NCBI GenBank assembly: GCA_964016885.1
Contig: OZ024753.1
Span: 23,188,001 to 23,252,000, forward strand
Direction: 5' to 3'
Length of the DNA: 64,000 bases
Source: Eledone cirrhosa
Lineage: Eukaryota
Part shown: one piece after another, positions 1 to 14,304 of the stretch
How the letters are laid out: each line of letters opens with the position of its first letter
How positions within the stretch are numbered: position 1 is the stretch's first letter
Notes under the pieces: model-generated
Told to the model about the DNA's origin: nothing
What the model saw: the letters and a program-made list of their open reading frames with translations, nothing else
Database searches by the model: none
Program-made: the position numbers and the translations under genes

Positions 1-3000
1 GTTGGTGCAACCAGACTGCCTGTGAAATATTGGAGCAACCAGGCTGCCTGTGTCATGTTCGTACAACCAGGCTGCCTATGTCATGTTGGTGCAACCAGAC
101 TGTCTATGTCATGTTGGTGCAATCAGGCTGCCTGTTTCATGTTGGTACAACCAGGCTGCCTGTGTCATGTTGGTACAACCAGGCTCCCTGCGTCACGTTG
201 GTACAACCAGGCTGACTGTCTTGTTTGTACAACCAGACTGCCTGTGTCATGTTGGTGAACCCAGGCTGCCTGTGTCATATTCGTACGAACAGCCTGCATG
301 TGTAATGTTGGTGCAACCAAACTGCCAGGCTCATGTTAGTCGAACCAGGGTGCCTGTATCATGTTTGTACAACCAAGCTGCCTATGTCTTGTTCGTACAA
401 CCAGGCTGCCTCTATCATGTTGGTGCAACCTGGCTGCCTGTGTCATGGTCGTACATCCAGGCTGCCTGTGACATGTTGGCGCAACCAGACTGCATGTGTC
501 ATGTTGGTGCAACCAGACTGCCTATGTATTTTACCTACAACCAGACTGCATGTGTCATGTTTATGCAACCAGGCTGCCTGTGTCATGTTGGTGCAACCAG
601 GCTGCCTGTGTAATGTTCGTACAACCAGACTGCCGGTGTCATGTTGATGCAACCAGACTGCCTGTGTCATGTTGGTTCAAACAGGCTGCCTGTGTCATGT
701 TGGTACAACCCGGCTGCCTGTGTAATGTTGGTAGAACCAGACTGCCTGTGTCATGTGAGTCCAACCAGGCTCCCTGTGTCATGTTGGTGTAACCAGGCTG
801 TCTATGTGTTTTTCGTACAACCAGGCTGCCTGTATCATGTTGGTGGAACCAGACTGCCTGTGTCATGTTGGTGCAAAGAGGCTCCCTTTATCATGTTGGT
901 GCAACCAGACTGCCTATGTCATGTTGGTGCAACCAGGCTGTCTATGTGTTTTTCGTACAACCAGGCTGCCTGGGTCATGTTGGTCCAACCAGGCTGCCTG
1001 TGTTATGTTGGTGCAACGAGGCTCCCTGTGCCATGTTGTTGCTATCAGACTACCTGTGTCATGTTGGTGCAACCAGACTTCCTGTGTCATGTTGGTGCAA
1101 CGAGGCTCCCTGTGCCCTGTTGTTGCAATCAGACTACCTCTGTCATGTTGGTGCAACCAGACTTCCTGTGTCATGTTGGTGCAACGAGGCTCCCTGTGCC
1201 ATGTTGTCGCAATCAGACTACCTGTGTCATGTTGGTGCAATCTGGCTGCCTGTGTCATGTTGGTGCAACCAGACTGCCTGTGTCATGTTCGTACAACCAG
1301 GCTGCCTGTGTTATGTTGCTGTAACCAGGCTGCCCGTGACTTGTTCGTACAACCAGACTGCACGTGTTATGGTGCAACCGGACTGCCTGTATCATGCTGG
1401 TGCAACCAGACGGCCTATGTCATGTTGGTGTAACCAGCCTGTCTATGTATTTTTCGTACAACCAGACTGCATGTGTCATGTTGGTGCAACCAGGCAGCCT
1501 GTTTCATGTTAGTACAACCAGGCTGCCTGTGTCATGTTGCTGTAACCAGGTTACCTGTGTCTTGTTCGTACAAGCAGTCTGCCTGTGTCATGTTGGTGCA
1601 ACGAGGCTCCCTTTGCATGTTGGTGCAATCAGACTACCTGTGTCATGTTCGTACAACCAAACTGCCTGTGTCATGTTGGTGCAACCAGGCTGCCTGTGTC
1701 ATGTTCGTACTACCAGACTACCCGTGTCATGTTGGTATAACCAGACTGCCATGGTCATGTTGGTGCAACAAGACTGCCTGTGTCATGTTTGTGCAACCAG
1801 GCTGCATGTGTCATGTTGGTGCAACCTGGCTGCCTGTGTCATGTTGGTGCAACCAGACTGTCTGTGTCATGTTGGTTCAACCAGAGTGCCTGTGTCATGT
1901 TGGAAAAACCAGACTGCTTGTTTCATGTTGGTGAAACCAGGCAGCCTGTGTCATGTTCGTACAACCAGGCTGCCTGTGACATGGACTTGCAACCAGACTG
2001 CCTGCGAATTATTGGTGCAACCAGGCTGCCTGTGTCATGTTCGTACAACCAGGCTGCCTATGTCATGTTGGTGCAACCAGACTGTCTATGTCATGTTGGT
2101 GCAATCAGGCTGCCTGTGTCATGTTGGTACAACCAGACTGCCTGTGTCATGTTCGTTCAACCAGGCAGCCTGTGTCATGTTGGTGCAACTAGACTGTCTG
2201 TTTCATGTTCGTACAACCAGACTGCCTGTGACATGTTGGTGCAACCAGACTGCCTGTGTCATGTTGGTGCAACCAGACTGTCTATTTCATGATGGTGAAA
2301 TCAGGCTGCCTATGTCATGCTGGTACAACCAGGCTGACTGTCTTGTTTGTACAACCAGACTGCCTGTGTCATGTTGGTGAAACCATGCTGCCTGTGTCAT
2401 ATTCGTACGAACAGCCTGCATGTGTAATGTTGGTGCAACCAGACTGCCAGGCTCATGTTAGTCGAACCAGGGTGCCTGTGTCATGTTTGTACAGCCAGGC
2501 TGCCTGTGTCTTGTTCGTACAACCAGGCTGCCTGTATCATGTTGGTGCAACCAGGCTGCCTGTGTCATGGTCGTACAACCAGGCTGCCTGTGTCATGTTG
2601 GTGCAACCAGACTGCCTGTGTCATGTTGGTGCAACCAGACTGCCTATGTCATGTTGGTATAACCAGGCTGCCTATGTATTTTACCTACAACCAGACTGCA
2701 TGTGTCATGTTTATGCAACCAGGCTGCCTGTGTCATATTGGTGCAACCAGGCTGCCTGTGTAATGTTCGTAGAACCAGACTGCCGGTGTCATGTTGATGC
2801 AACCAGACTGCCTGTGTCATGTTGTTTCAAACAGGCTGCCTGTGTCATGTGAGTCCAACCAGGCTCCCTGTGTCATGTTGGTGCAACCAGGCTCCCTGTG
2901 TCATGTTGGTGCAACCAGGCTCCCTGTGTCATGTTCGTACAACCAGGCTGCCTGTATCATTTTGGTGCAACCAGACTGCCTGTGTCATGTTTGTGCAACC

Positions 3001-6000
3001 AGACTGCCTGTGTCATGTTGGTGCAAAGAGGCTCCCTTTGTCATGTTGGTGTAACCAGCCTGCCTGTGTCATGTTGCTGTAACCAGGTAACCTGTGTCCT
3101 GTTTGTACAAGCCGGCTGCCTGTGTCATGTTGGTGCAACCAGACTGCCTGTGTCATGGTCGTACAACCAGACTGCCTATGTCAAATTGGTGTAACCAGGC
3201 TGTCTATGTGTTTTTCGTACAACCAGGCTGCCTGTGTCATGTTGGTCCAACCAGGCTGCCTGGGTTATGTTGGTGCAACGAGGCTCCCTGTGCCATGTTG
3301 TTGCAATCAGACTACCTGTGTCATGTTGGTGCAACCAGACTGCCTGTGTCATGTTGGTGCAACCAGACTGCCTATGTCAAATTGGTGTAACCAGGCTGTC
3401 TATGTGTTTTTCGTACAACCAGGCTGCCTGTGTCATGTTGGTCCAACCAGGCTGCCTGTGTTATGTTGGTGCAACGAGGCTCCCTGTGCCATGTTGTTGC
3501 AATCAGACTACCTGTGCCATGTTGGTGCAATCAGACTTCCTGTGTCATGTTGGTGCAACCACGCTCCCTGTGCCATGTTGTTGCAATCAGACTACCTGTG
3601 TCATGTTGGTGCAACCAGACTGCCTGTGTCATGTTGGTGCAAAGAGGCTCCCTGTGCCATGTTTTTGCAATCAGACTGCCTGTGTCATGTTGGTGCAAAG
3701 AGGCTCCCCTTGTCATGTTGGTGCAACCAGACTGCCTGTGTCATGTTGGTGCAAAGAGGCTCCCTTTGTCATGTTGGTGCAACCAGACTGCCTCTGTCAT
3801 GTTGGTACAACCAGGCTGCCTATGTCATGTTCGTACAACCAGGCTGCCTGTGTCATATTGGTGCAACCTGGCTGCCTGTTTCATGTTGGTGTAACCGGAC
3901 TGCCTGTATAATGTTGGTGCAACCAGACTGCCTATGTCATGTTGGTGTAACCAGGTTACCTGTGTCTTGTTCGTACAAGCAGTCTGCCTGTGTCATGTTG
4001 GTGCAACCAGGCTGCCTGTATCAGGTTTGTGCAACCAGACTGCCTGTATCAGGTTTGTGCAACCAGACTGCCTGTGTCATGTTGGTGCAACGAGGCTCCC
4101 TTTGCATGTTGGTGCAACCAGACTGCCTGTGTCATGTTGGTACAACCAGACTGCCTGTGTCATGTTGGTGCAACCAGGCTGCCTGTGTCATGTTGTTGCA
4201 ATCAGACTACCTGTGTCATGTTCGTACAACCAAACTGCTCGTGTCATGGTCGTGCAACCAGACTACCCGTGTCATGTTGGTGCAACCAGACTGCCTGTGT
4301 CATGTTTGTGCAACCAGGCTGCATGTGTCATGTTGGTGCAACCTGGCTGCCTGTGTCATGTTGGTGCAACCAGACTGTCTGTGTCATGTTGGTTCAACCA
4401 GAGTGCCTGTGTCATGTTGGTGCAACCAGGCTGCCTGTGACATGGACGTGCAACCAGATTGCATGTGCCAGGTTAGTGTAACAAGGCTGCTTGTGTCTTG
4501 TTCGTACAACCAGGCTGCCTGTGTCATGTTGGTGCAACCAGGCTGCCTGTGTCATGTTTGTGCAACCAGACTGCCTGTGTCATGTTGGTGCAACCAGACT
4601 GCCTGAGAAATGTTAGTGCAACCAGGCTGCCTGTGTCATGTTCGTACAACCAGGTCGCCTCTGTCATGTTGGTGCAACCAGACTGTCTATGTCATGTTGG
4701 TGCAACCAGGCTGTCTGTGTCATGTTCGTACAACCAGGTCGCCTCTGTCATGTTGGTGCAACCAGGTCGCCTCTGTCATGTTGGTGCAACCAGACTGCCT
4801 GTGTCATGTTGGTACAAACTGGCTGTCTGTGTCACGTTGGTACAACCAGGCTGACTGTGTCATGTTCGTACAACCAGACTGCCTGTGTCATGTTCGTTCA
4901 ACCAGGCAGCCTGTGTCATGTTGGTGCAACCAGACTGTCTGTGTCATGTTCGTATAACCAGACTGCCTGTGTCATGTTTGTGCAACCAGACTGCCTGTGA
5001 AATGTTGGTGCAACCAGGCTGCCTGTGTCATGTTCGTACAACCAGGCTGCCTGTGTCATGTTGGTGCAACCAGAATGTCTATGTCATGTGGTGCAATCAG
5101 GCTGCCTGTTTAATGTTGGTACAACCAGGCTGCCTGCGTCATGTTGGTACAGCCAGGCTGACTGTGTCTTGTTTGTACAACCAGACTGCCTGTGTCATGT
5201 TGGTGCAACGAGGCTCCCTTTGCATGTTGGTGCAACCAGACTGCCTGTGTCATGTTGGTGGAACCAGACTGCCTGTGTCATGTTGGTACAACCAGACTGC
5301 CTGTGTGATGTTGGTGCAACCAGGCTGCCTGTGTCATGTTGTTGCAATCAGACTACCTGTGTCATGTTCGTACAACCAAACTGCCCGTGTCATGGTCGTG
5401 CAACCAGACTACCCGTGTCATGTTGGTGTAACCAGGCTGCATGTGTCATGTTGGTGCAACCTGGCTGCCTGTGCCATGTTGGTGCAACCAGAGTGCCTGT
5501 GTCATGTTGGTGCAACCAGACTGCCTATGTCATGTTGGTATAACCAGGCTGCCTATGTATTTTACTTACAACCAGACTGCATGTGTCATGTTTATGCAAC
5601 CAGGCTGCCTGTGTCATATTGGTACAACCAGGCTGCCTGTGTAATGTTCGTACAACCAGACTGCCGGTGTCATGTTGATGCAACCAGACTGCCTGTGTCA
5701 TGTTGGTTCAAACAGGCTGCCTGTGTCATGTGAGTCCAACCAGGCTCCCTGTGTCATGTTGGTGCAACCAGGCTCCCTGTGTCATGTTCGTACAACCAGG
5801 CTGCCTGTATCATTTTGGTGCAACCAGACTGCCTATGTCATGTTTGTGCAACCAGACTGCCTGTGTCATGTTTGTGCAACCAGACTGCCTGTGTCATGTT
5901 GGTGCAAAGAGGCTCCCTTTGTCATATTGGTGTAACCAGCCTGCCTCTGTCATGTTGCTGTAACCAGGTAACCTGTGTCCTGTTCGTACAAGCCGGCTGC

Positions 6001-9000
6001 CTGTGTCATGTTGGTGCAACCAGACTGCCTATGTCAAATTGGTGTAACCAGGCTGTCTATGTGTTTTTCGTACAACCAGGCTGCCTGTGTCATGTTGGTC
6101 CAACCAGGCTGCCTGTGTTATGTTGGTGCAACGAGGCTCCCTGTGCCATGTTGTTGCAATCAGACTACCTGTGCCATGTTGGTGCAATCAGACTTTCTGT
6201 GTCATGTTGGTGCAACGAGGCTCCCTGTGCCATGTTGTTGCAATCAGACTACCTGTGTCATGTTGGTGCAACCAGACTGCCTGTGTCATGTTGGTGCAAC
6301 CAGACTGCCTATGTCAAATTGGTGTAACCAGGCTGTCTATGTGTTTTTCGTACAACCAGGCTGCCTGTGTCATGTTGGTCCAACCAGGCTGCCTGTGTTA
6401 TGTTGGTGCAACGAGGCTCCCTGTGCCATGTTGTTGCAATCAGACTACCTGTGCCATGTTGGTGCAATCAGACTTTCTGTCTCATGTTGGTGCAACGAGG
6501 CTCCCTGTGCCATGTTGTTGCAATCAGACTACCTGTGTCATGTTGGTGCAACCAGACTGCCTGTGTCATGTTGGTGCAAAGAGGCTCCCTGTGCCATGTT
6601 GTTGCAATCAGACTGCCTGTGTCATGTTGGTGCAAAGAGGCTCCCCTTGTCATGTTGGTGCAACCAGACTGCCTGTGTCATGTTGGTGCAAAGAGGCTCC
6701 CTTTGTCATGTTGGTGCAACCAGACTGCCTCTGTCATGTTGGAACAACCAGGCTGCCTATGTCATGTTCGTACAACCAGACTCCCTGTGTCATGTTGGTG
6801 CAACCTGGCTGCCTGTTTCATGTTGGTGCAACCGGACTGCCTGTATCATGTTGGTGCAACCAGACTGCCTATGTCATGTTGGTGTAACCAGGTTACCTGT
6901 GTCTTGTTCGTACAAGCAGTCTGCCTGTGTCATGTTGGTGCAACCAGGCTGCCTGTATCAGGTTTGTGCAACCAGACTGCCTGTGTCATGTTGGTGCAAC
7001 GAGGCTCCCTTTGCATGTTGGTGCAACCAGACTGCCTGTGTCATGTTGGTACAACCAGACTGCCTGTGTCATGTTGGTGCAACCAGGCTGCCTGTGTCAT
7101 GTTGTTGCAATCAGACTACCTGTGTCATGTTCATACAACCAAACTGCCCGTGTCATGGTCGTGCAACCAGACTACCCATGTCATGTTGGTGTAACCAGAC
7201 TGCCTGTGTCATGTTTTTGCAACCAGGCTGCATGTGTCATGTTGGTGCAACGTGGCTGCCTGTGTCATGTTGGTGCAACCAGATTGTCTGTGTCATGTTG
7301 GTTCAACCAGAGTGCCTGTGTCATGTTGGTGCAACCAGGCTGCCTGTGACATGGACGTGCAACCAGATTGCATGTGCCAGGTTAGTGTAACAAGGCTGCT
7401 TGTGTCTTGTTCGTACAACCAGGCTGCCTGTGTCATGTTGGTGCAACCAGACTGCCTGTGTCATGTTGGTGCAACCAGACTGCCTGAGAAATGTTAGTGC
7501 AACCAGGCTGCCTGTGTCATGTTCGTACAACCAGGTCGCCTCTGTCATGTTGGTGCAACCAGACTGTCTATGTCATGTTGGTGCAACCAGGCTGTCTGTG
7601 TCATGTTCGTACAACCAGGTCGCCTCTGTCATGTTGGTGCAACCAGGTCGCCTCTGTCATGTTGGTGCAACCAGACTGCCTGTGTCATGTTGGTACAAAC
7701 TGGCTGTCTGTGTCACGTTGGTACAACCAGGCTGACTGTGTCATGTTCGTACAACCAGACTGCCTGTGTCATGTTCGTTCAACCAGGCAGCCTGTGTCAT
7801 GTTGGTGCAACCAGACTGTCTGTGTCATGTTCGTATAACCAGACTGCCTGTGTCATGTTTGTGCAACCAGACTGCCTGTGAAATGTTGGTGCAACCAAGC
7901 TGCCTGTGTCATGTTCGTACAACCAGGCTGCCTGTGTCATGTTGGTGCAACCAGAATGTCTATGTCATGATGGTGCAATCAGGCTGCCTGTTTAATGTTG
8001 GTACAACCAGGCTGCCTGCGTCATGTTGGTACAGCCAGGCTGACTGTGTCTTGTTTGTACAACCAGACTGCCTGTGTCATGTTGGTGCAACGAGGCTCCC
8101 TTTGCATGTTGGTGCAACCAGACTGCCTGTGTCATGTTGGTGCAACCAGATTGTCTGAGTCATGTTCGTACAACCCGGCTGCCTGTGTAATGTTGGTGGA
8201 ACCAGACTGCCTGTGTCATGTTGGTTCAAACAGGCTGCCTGTGTCATGTTGGTACAACCCGGCTGCCTGTGTAATGTTGGTGGAACCAGACTGCCTGTGT
8301 CATGTGAATCCAACCAGGCTGCCTGTGTAATGTTGGTGGAACCGGTCTGCCTGTGTCATCTTCGTACAATCAGGCTGCCTGTGTAATGTTGGTGGAACCA
8401 GACTGCCTGTGTCATGTGAGTCCAACCAGGCTGCCTGTGTCATGTTGGTGCAACCAGGCTGCCTGTGTCATGTTCGTACAACCAGGCTGCCTGTGTCATG
8501 TTGGTGCAACCAGACTGCCTGTATCATGTTGGTGCAACCAGACTGCCTATGTCATGTTGGTGCAATCTGGTTGCCTGTGTCATTTTGGTACAACCAGACT
8601 GCCCGTGTCATGTTGGTGCAACCAGGCTGCCTGTGTCATGTTGGTGCAACCAGACTGCCTGTGTCATGTTCGTACAACCAGGCTGCCTGTGTTATGTTGC
8701 TGTAACCAGGCTGCCTGTGACTTGTTCGTACAAGCAGGCTGCCTGTGTCATGTTGGTGCAACCAGACTGCCTGTCTCATGTTTATGCAACCAGACTGCCT
8801 GTGTCATGTTGGTGCAAAGAGGCTCCCTTTGTCATGTTGGTGCAACCAGACTGCCTGTGTAATGTTGGTGCAACCAGATTTCCTGTGTCAAGTTGGTGCA
8901 ACGAGACTGCCTGTGTCATGTTCATACAACCAGGCTGCCTCTGTCATGTTGGTACAACCAGGCTGCCTATGACATGTTGGTGTAACCAGGCTGTCTATAT

Positions 9001-9752
9001 ATTTTTTGTACAACCAGGCTGCCTGGGTCATGTTGGTGCAACCAGGCTGCCTGTGTCATGTTGGTCCAACCAGGCTTCCTGTGTTATGTTGGTGCAACGA
9101 GGCTCCCTGTGACATGTTGTTGCAACCAGACGGCCTGTGTCATGTTGGTGCAACCAGACATCATGTGTCATGTTTGTGCAACCAGGCTGCCTGTGAAAGG
9201 TTGGTGCAACCTGGCGGTCTGTGTCATGTTCGTGCAACCAGGCTGCCTGTGTCATGTTGGTGTAACCAGATTGCCTATGTCATATTGGTGCAATCAGGCT
9301 GCCTGTGTCATGTAGGTACAAACAGGCTGCCTGTGTCATGTTGGGTCAACCAGGCTGCGTGTGTCATGTTGGTGCAACCAGGTAGCCCGTGTCGTGTTCG
9401 TACAACCAGACTGCCTGTGTCATATTTGTGCAACCAAACTGCGTGTGTCACGTTGGTGTAACCAGGTTGCCTGTGTCTTGTTCGTACAAGCAGACTGCTG
9501 GTGTCATGTTGGTGAAACCAGACTGCCTGTGTCATGTTGGTGCAACCACGCTGCCTGTGTCATGTTGGTGCAACCATACTGCCTGTGACATGTTGTTACA
9601 ACCAGGCTGCCTGTGTCATGTTGGTGCAACCAGACTGCCTGTGACATGTTGTTACAACCAGGCTGCCTGTATCATGTTGGTGCAACCAGACTGCCTGTGT
9701 CATATTGTTGCAACCAGACTGCTTGTGTCATGTTGGTACAACCAGGCTGCCT
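1..9752. repeat. 28-bp tandem satellite (consensus GTTGGTGCAACCAGACTGCCTGTGTCAT), about 350 monomers, with kb-scale higher-order duplication
   Basis: Monomer read directly. The Cys-rich ORFs in all three + frames result from the 28-nt period. Confidence 0.98.
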
Positions 9753-9759
9753 CTTTGAG

Positions 9760-10915
9760 TCTATGGTTACAATAAATTGATCTTTCGATTTTATTGTTGA
9801 GTGACTTATTCTTCGAACTCAAGATGTGGAACTGCTCAAGGTCTCATAATCGACAGCTTCTCATACCAATCCGAAATGGGGGCGCGTTCGATAATTTTTT
9901 CCACTTCAGGGTGTATTGATGGTTACTTTCCCTCAGTTGCCAGGTCTTGTTTGCAAGAGTAGTTACATAACGATGCTGGGAATGTTTCATTGCGTAAAGC
10001 TGTGTATACCAACGGGCTTTAAATGTATTCCCAGTCGCTCCGATGTAATACCATTTCTGGTTGTCTGATTCCACTGTATTAGACTGCATACATTCATAAC
10101 GTAATGGATAGGTTTCAGGTAGGTGGCAGTTACAATTCTTGTCATGGGTAACTTTGGCATTATTGGTGGGCTGCGATGCTTGTACATGTGTGTTACGTTT
10201 TGTTTGCCTATTAGCGGGTGGTTGTGTATTAGATATTCTATTGTGTTCAATGGTGATTGTATTGTTATTGTTGTAAATTTGTGTTTTGGTGTTGTTATGT
10301 ATCGTTTTAGCGTTAAGCATCTTAATGTGTGCCTCTATATTTGGTGCCGTGGAGTAAGATAGTCTAATAGATTTAGTGTTAATGATTTTGCTGTATCTAT
10401 GTGAATCTGGAAAGTGCTTATTTATTATTTTAAAGAAGTAGAGGGTAGGTTAGTACTAATAGAGGTGTTAAACATGGGGTTATACCAAATATATTTTCTA
10501 TTGCGTGACTTGTTTGATTTCGATGTTGTATTTCTATTTGCCATATACTTTGTAGTTCTAAGCGTAAGTGCGTGTGTGCGTGTGTTTCCGGAGTTTGTGT
10601 TATGCGTGTTCGTGTTCACTTTGCGGAGGCTTTCATCTATATATTCTACTCTATCTAAGTGGCCTGCCTTGTCTAATGCGGTATTGTAGTATTCTGCATG
10701 TTCTTCGAAGATTTATCGGTTAGACGAGAGGCGGGAGATCCTAAGGGATATGCTGCGTGGAATGGATTTAATTATGGATAGTGGGTGGTTTGAGTTACAG
10801 TTGATGTATGCTAAGTTTTCATTAATCTTGTGAAGAGGTCTTATAAGACCCGTATTTAGGTTAAGCCTCGCGTCTAGTAAGTTAACTGTTTTAGTGCTAT
10901 ACTCATACGTTATGC
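9760..10915 (-). mobile_element. Decayed 5'-truncated Penelope-like element (RT C-terminus, linker, GIY-YIG endonuclease), Hydra-clade-like
   Basis: ORF 10713-10955 (VNLLDARLNLNTG..YINCNSNHP..IPRSISLRISRLSS) and ORF 9844-10320 (CNC linker; YYIGATGNTFKARW..CRL). Interrupted by stops. Confidence 0.85.
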
Positions 10916-12960
10916 TAGAATGACATAAATACATTCCTAAAAAAGCTGCGAACAACCAATGGAATTATTGTCAAAGCGGACAAAACATCAAATGTTTATG
11001 CATACATGTTAACACATACAATTGTTTCATACGGAAGGAATTACATAGGAAATACAAAAAAAATAATAAGGTGTTCCATCTATCTGTGTGGGTTTTCTTG
11101 GCCATTGAAAACATAAAAAGAAGAACGGGTAGACCAGAGCCATACGGATCCCCGAAAACCACGATGAACTAAAGAAAATGATTGCACATGGGGTGGGGGC
11201 CAGTATAAAATTAACCCTTAAGGAACATATGTTCAAATTTAATGGAAAAACATATGCCCAAGAAGAGGGAGCAGCCATTGGTGTTAGCATTGCAGGTGAC
11301 ATAGCTAACCTATTCATGGTATGGTGGGACAATAGACTTAAATTTAAACTTAAAGAACAATTAGAAAACAACAACCTCTTAACCCTGATAATGTACTCCC
11401 GCTACGTTGATGATATAAACATCGTAGTTAAGACACCCCCACTAGAGAACAGTCAGGAATTAGAGAAAAATACGATGGAAAGCAACCAGCAAATAGCTAA
11501 CTCCATCCACCAGAGTATTAGAGTTACTATAGACTACCCAAGCAAACACCCCAACCATCGTTACCTGTACTAGACACAGAGCTCTGGTTAGATACCATTA
11601 ATAACAAAAAACAAATCCTCCATTCCCATTATGCCAAACCCATGACTTCCAAATATCTGATCCACCGAAACTCAGCTGTTTTAGACCATACCAAAATCAA
11701 CATAGTAATTGCGGATTTGGTACGGGTGATGAGAAATGTGTCCCGCATGTGCAACCCCAAAGAACTAGAGAGACACATACAAACACTTCATCCACCGTAT
11801 GCAGTTCTCTGGTTACAATCAGAGAGATAAAATCAGAGTATATAGAGGAGCCAGAACCAAATGGGAAAAAATGGTAAATAATGATACAAATGGGACCTGC
11901 CCCTTGTATAGGAGCAAATTTTGGAATAGAATAGAAAGAACTAGGAATAAGGTTAATAGAATAAACTCATGGTATGATAGCAATAAATACCAAAGTGTAA
12001 TGTTCATCGATACAACCCCTAGAGCTGAATTAGCTTACAAATTTAGAAGGGCCCTAGATAAACATAAACTCAATATTAAGATAGTAGAAAGACCAGGTAC
12101 CTCCATAAAAACAGTTATTAGCAATACATACCCTTTTCAAAGACCTCCCTGTATAGATAAGAAATGTATAATCTGTAAATTAAGCCCCCATATTAGCTGT
12201 AAAATTAGAAATTCATAAGATGTACTGAAGGACAATGTAGAGATAAGAATATAATGTACATAGGTGAGACAGCTCGTAGTATAGGGGAACGGATAAATGA
12301 ACACTGGCGAGAGCTTCAATATAGTAAAGAATCATCTGTACTCCACCAACATGCTAAAATAGAACATAAGGTTAAATTAGAGAACAGAAATAAAAATAGA
12401 ATCTACACACAGAAAAGACGCAATGTTTCGACAAATCACAGAGGCAATAAACATAAATGAATTCCAACCAAAATTAAATAGAAAACATGAATGGAATAGC
12501 AACATCACAACTTACAATTAAGGACAAAATGAAAACACACACACACATAGAACAAACAACCAACCAGTAACATGTAAATAAACAAATAAATAAACAAATA
12601 TAAACACACACAGACACCCGGATGTAACACATGCGCAAACTAAGCACACAACACACACAAAAACAAGATGGCGTGGTCAGAACAAAGGAGAGGCACAAAA
12701 ACGAAGAAAATAATCCCCAGTCACAGAATGTGTGAAGAAAGAACTTTGATAATATATGAACAATCATCTGGTTGTGGAACCAACCAACCAACCGGAAATT
12801 TATAAATTCCTAAATTTATAAATTTAATTTATAATAATTGAAGTGAAAGCAAGTGGTGCGTGTGTTTCTTATTGGCAACATGACCCTGCCAAAGTATAAC
12901 AATATCGGTTTCAACACACGTTTTCAGATAAAGAATCTTGCTAAACAAATTCAGGAACGA
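10916..12960 (+). mobile_element. Decayed Penelope-like element of a second lineage (possibly Nematis-like) with 3' pLTR
   Basis: FKFNGKTYAQEEGAAIGVSIAGDIANLFM and YSRYVDD (11178-11573), Cys linker CIDKKCIIC (11799-12218), YIGETARSIGERINEH (12254-12460). Frameshifted. 12660-12960 matches 54405-54745 in reverse. Confidence 0.88.
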
Positions 12961-13005
12961 TATATATATGTATATATATGTATATATATATGTATATATA
13001 TATAT

Positions 13006-14290
13006 GTAAGTTAATTTAAAAAAAAAAATTTTTTTAAGAAATTTTCTTAATTTACGTCTTATATATTATTGTTCTGCATTCTCCTGCATTGAACCACCTA
13101 GGTACTATAACATAACCTGTGTATTTGCTGGCATTAGCGTACATCTGTGCGCTTATGTTAGTAGATATATTAAATTATCTATATTTATCTCCAAATCACT
13201 GATTTGTCGAGCAAACCTGCCAAAACCACTTCTAAATTTTTTTGGGGGGTGTTAGTAGGCGTCTGTCATCTTACCATCCCATTCCTACTGACTAGCCTCT
13301 GTGTCACGTGATTGATTCTTTAGAATCGGCCATATGATCAGTGGCAGGGAGAATTTTCAGTGGCTGGAACCCAGTCCTCGATAGCTGTTCCAGTTGCCGA
13401 ATTATTATTATTTTTATATGAGTCCCCAGTGTCCGCGCATCGCCTGGAGACTCGGCTGAGAATGACCTCCCTGATGACGCAATGAAATTCTCAACAGTTC
13501 ATTACGTAACTGTCTTTATCCCATTGCAGAAACTAATTAGTTGGAGTGAAAATTTAAGTAAGTAAGTTAATTTTTTTTTTTTAATTTTTTTAAAGAAATT
13601 TTCTTATTTTACGTCTTATATATTATTGTTCTGCATTCTCCTGCATTGAACCACCTAGGTACTATGACATAACCTGTGTATTTGCTGGCATTAACGTACA
13701 TCTGTGCGCTTATGTTAGTAGATATATTAAATTATCTATATTTATCTCCAAATCACTGATTTGTCGAGCAAACCTGCCAAAACCACTTCTAAATTTTTTT
13801 TGGGGGTGTTAGTAGGCGTCTGTCATCTTACCATCCCATTCCTACTGACTAGCCTCTGTGTCACGTGATTGATTCTTTAGAATCGGCCATATGATCAGTG
13901 GCAGTGAGAATTTTCAGTGGCTGGAATCCAGTCCTCGATAGCTGTTCCAGTTGCCGAATTATTATTATTTTTATATGAGTCCCCAGTGTCCGCGCATCGC
14001 CTGGAGACTCGGCTGAGAATGACCTCCCCGATGACGCAATGGAATTCTCAACAGTTCATTACGTAACTGTCTTTATCCCATTTCAGAAACTAATTAGTTG
14101 GAGTAAAAATTTAAGTAAGTTAATTTTTATTTTTTTATTTTTTTAAAGAAATTTTCTTATTTTACGTCTTATATATTATTGTTCTGCATTCTCCTGCATT
14201 GAACCACCTAGGTACTATGACATAACCTGTGTATTTGCTGGCATTAGCGTACATCTGTGCGCTTATGTTAGTAGATATATTAAATTATCT
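13006..14290. repeat. About 555-bp non-coding unit in 2.3 near-identical tandem copies, bounded by (TA)n
   Basis: ACGTCTTATATATTATTG recurs at 13054, 13611 and 14164. Confidence 0.95.
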
Positions 14291-14304
14291 CTCTCTATAT
14301 ATAT

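Noticed and set aside
1-9752. CRISPR-like 28-bp partly palindromic repeat
   Set aside because: Monomers are contiguous, with no unique spacers and no cas genes, in a eukaryotic context.
22-9775. Long Cys-rich ORFs (up to 494 aa)
   Set aside because: The same peptides occur in all three frames because the 28-bp monomer lacks stops. No codon-level constraint is visible.
13465-13500. CTGATGACGCAATGAAA as a hammerhead
   Set aside because: No stem I or III, and the second copy reads CCGATGACGCAATGGAA.
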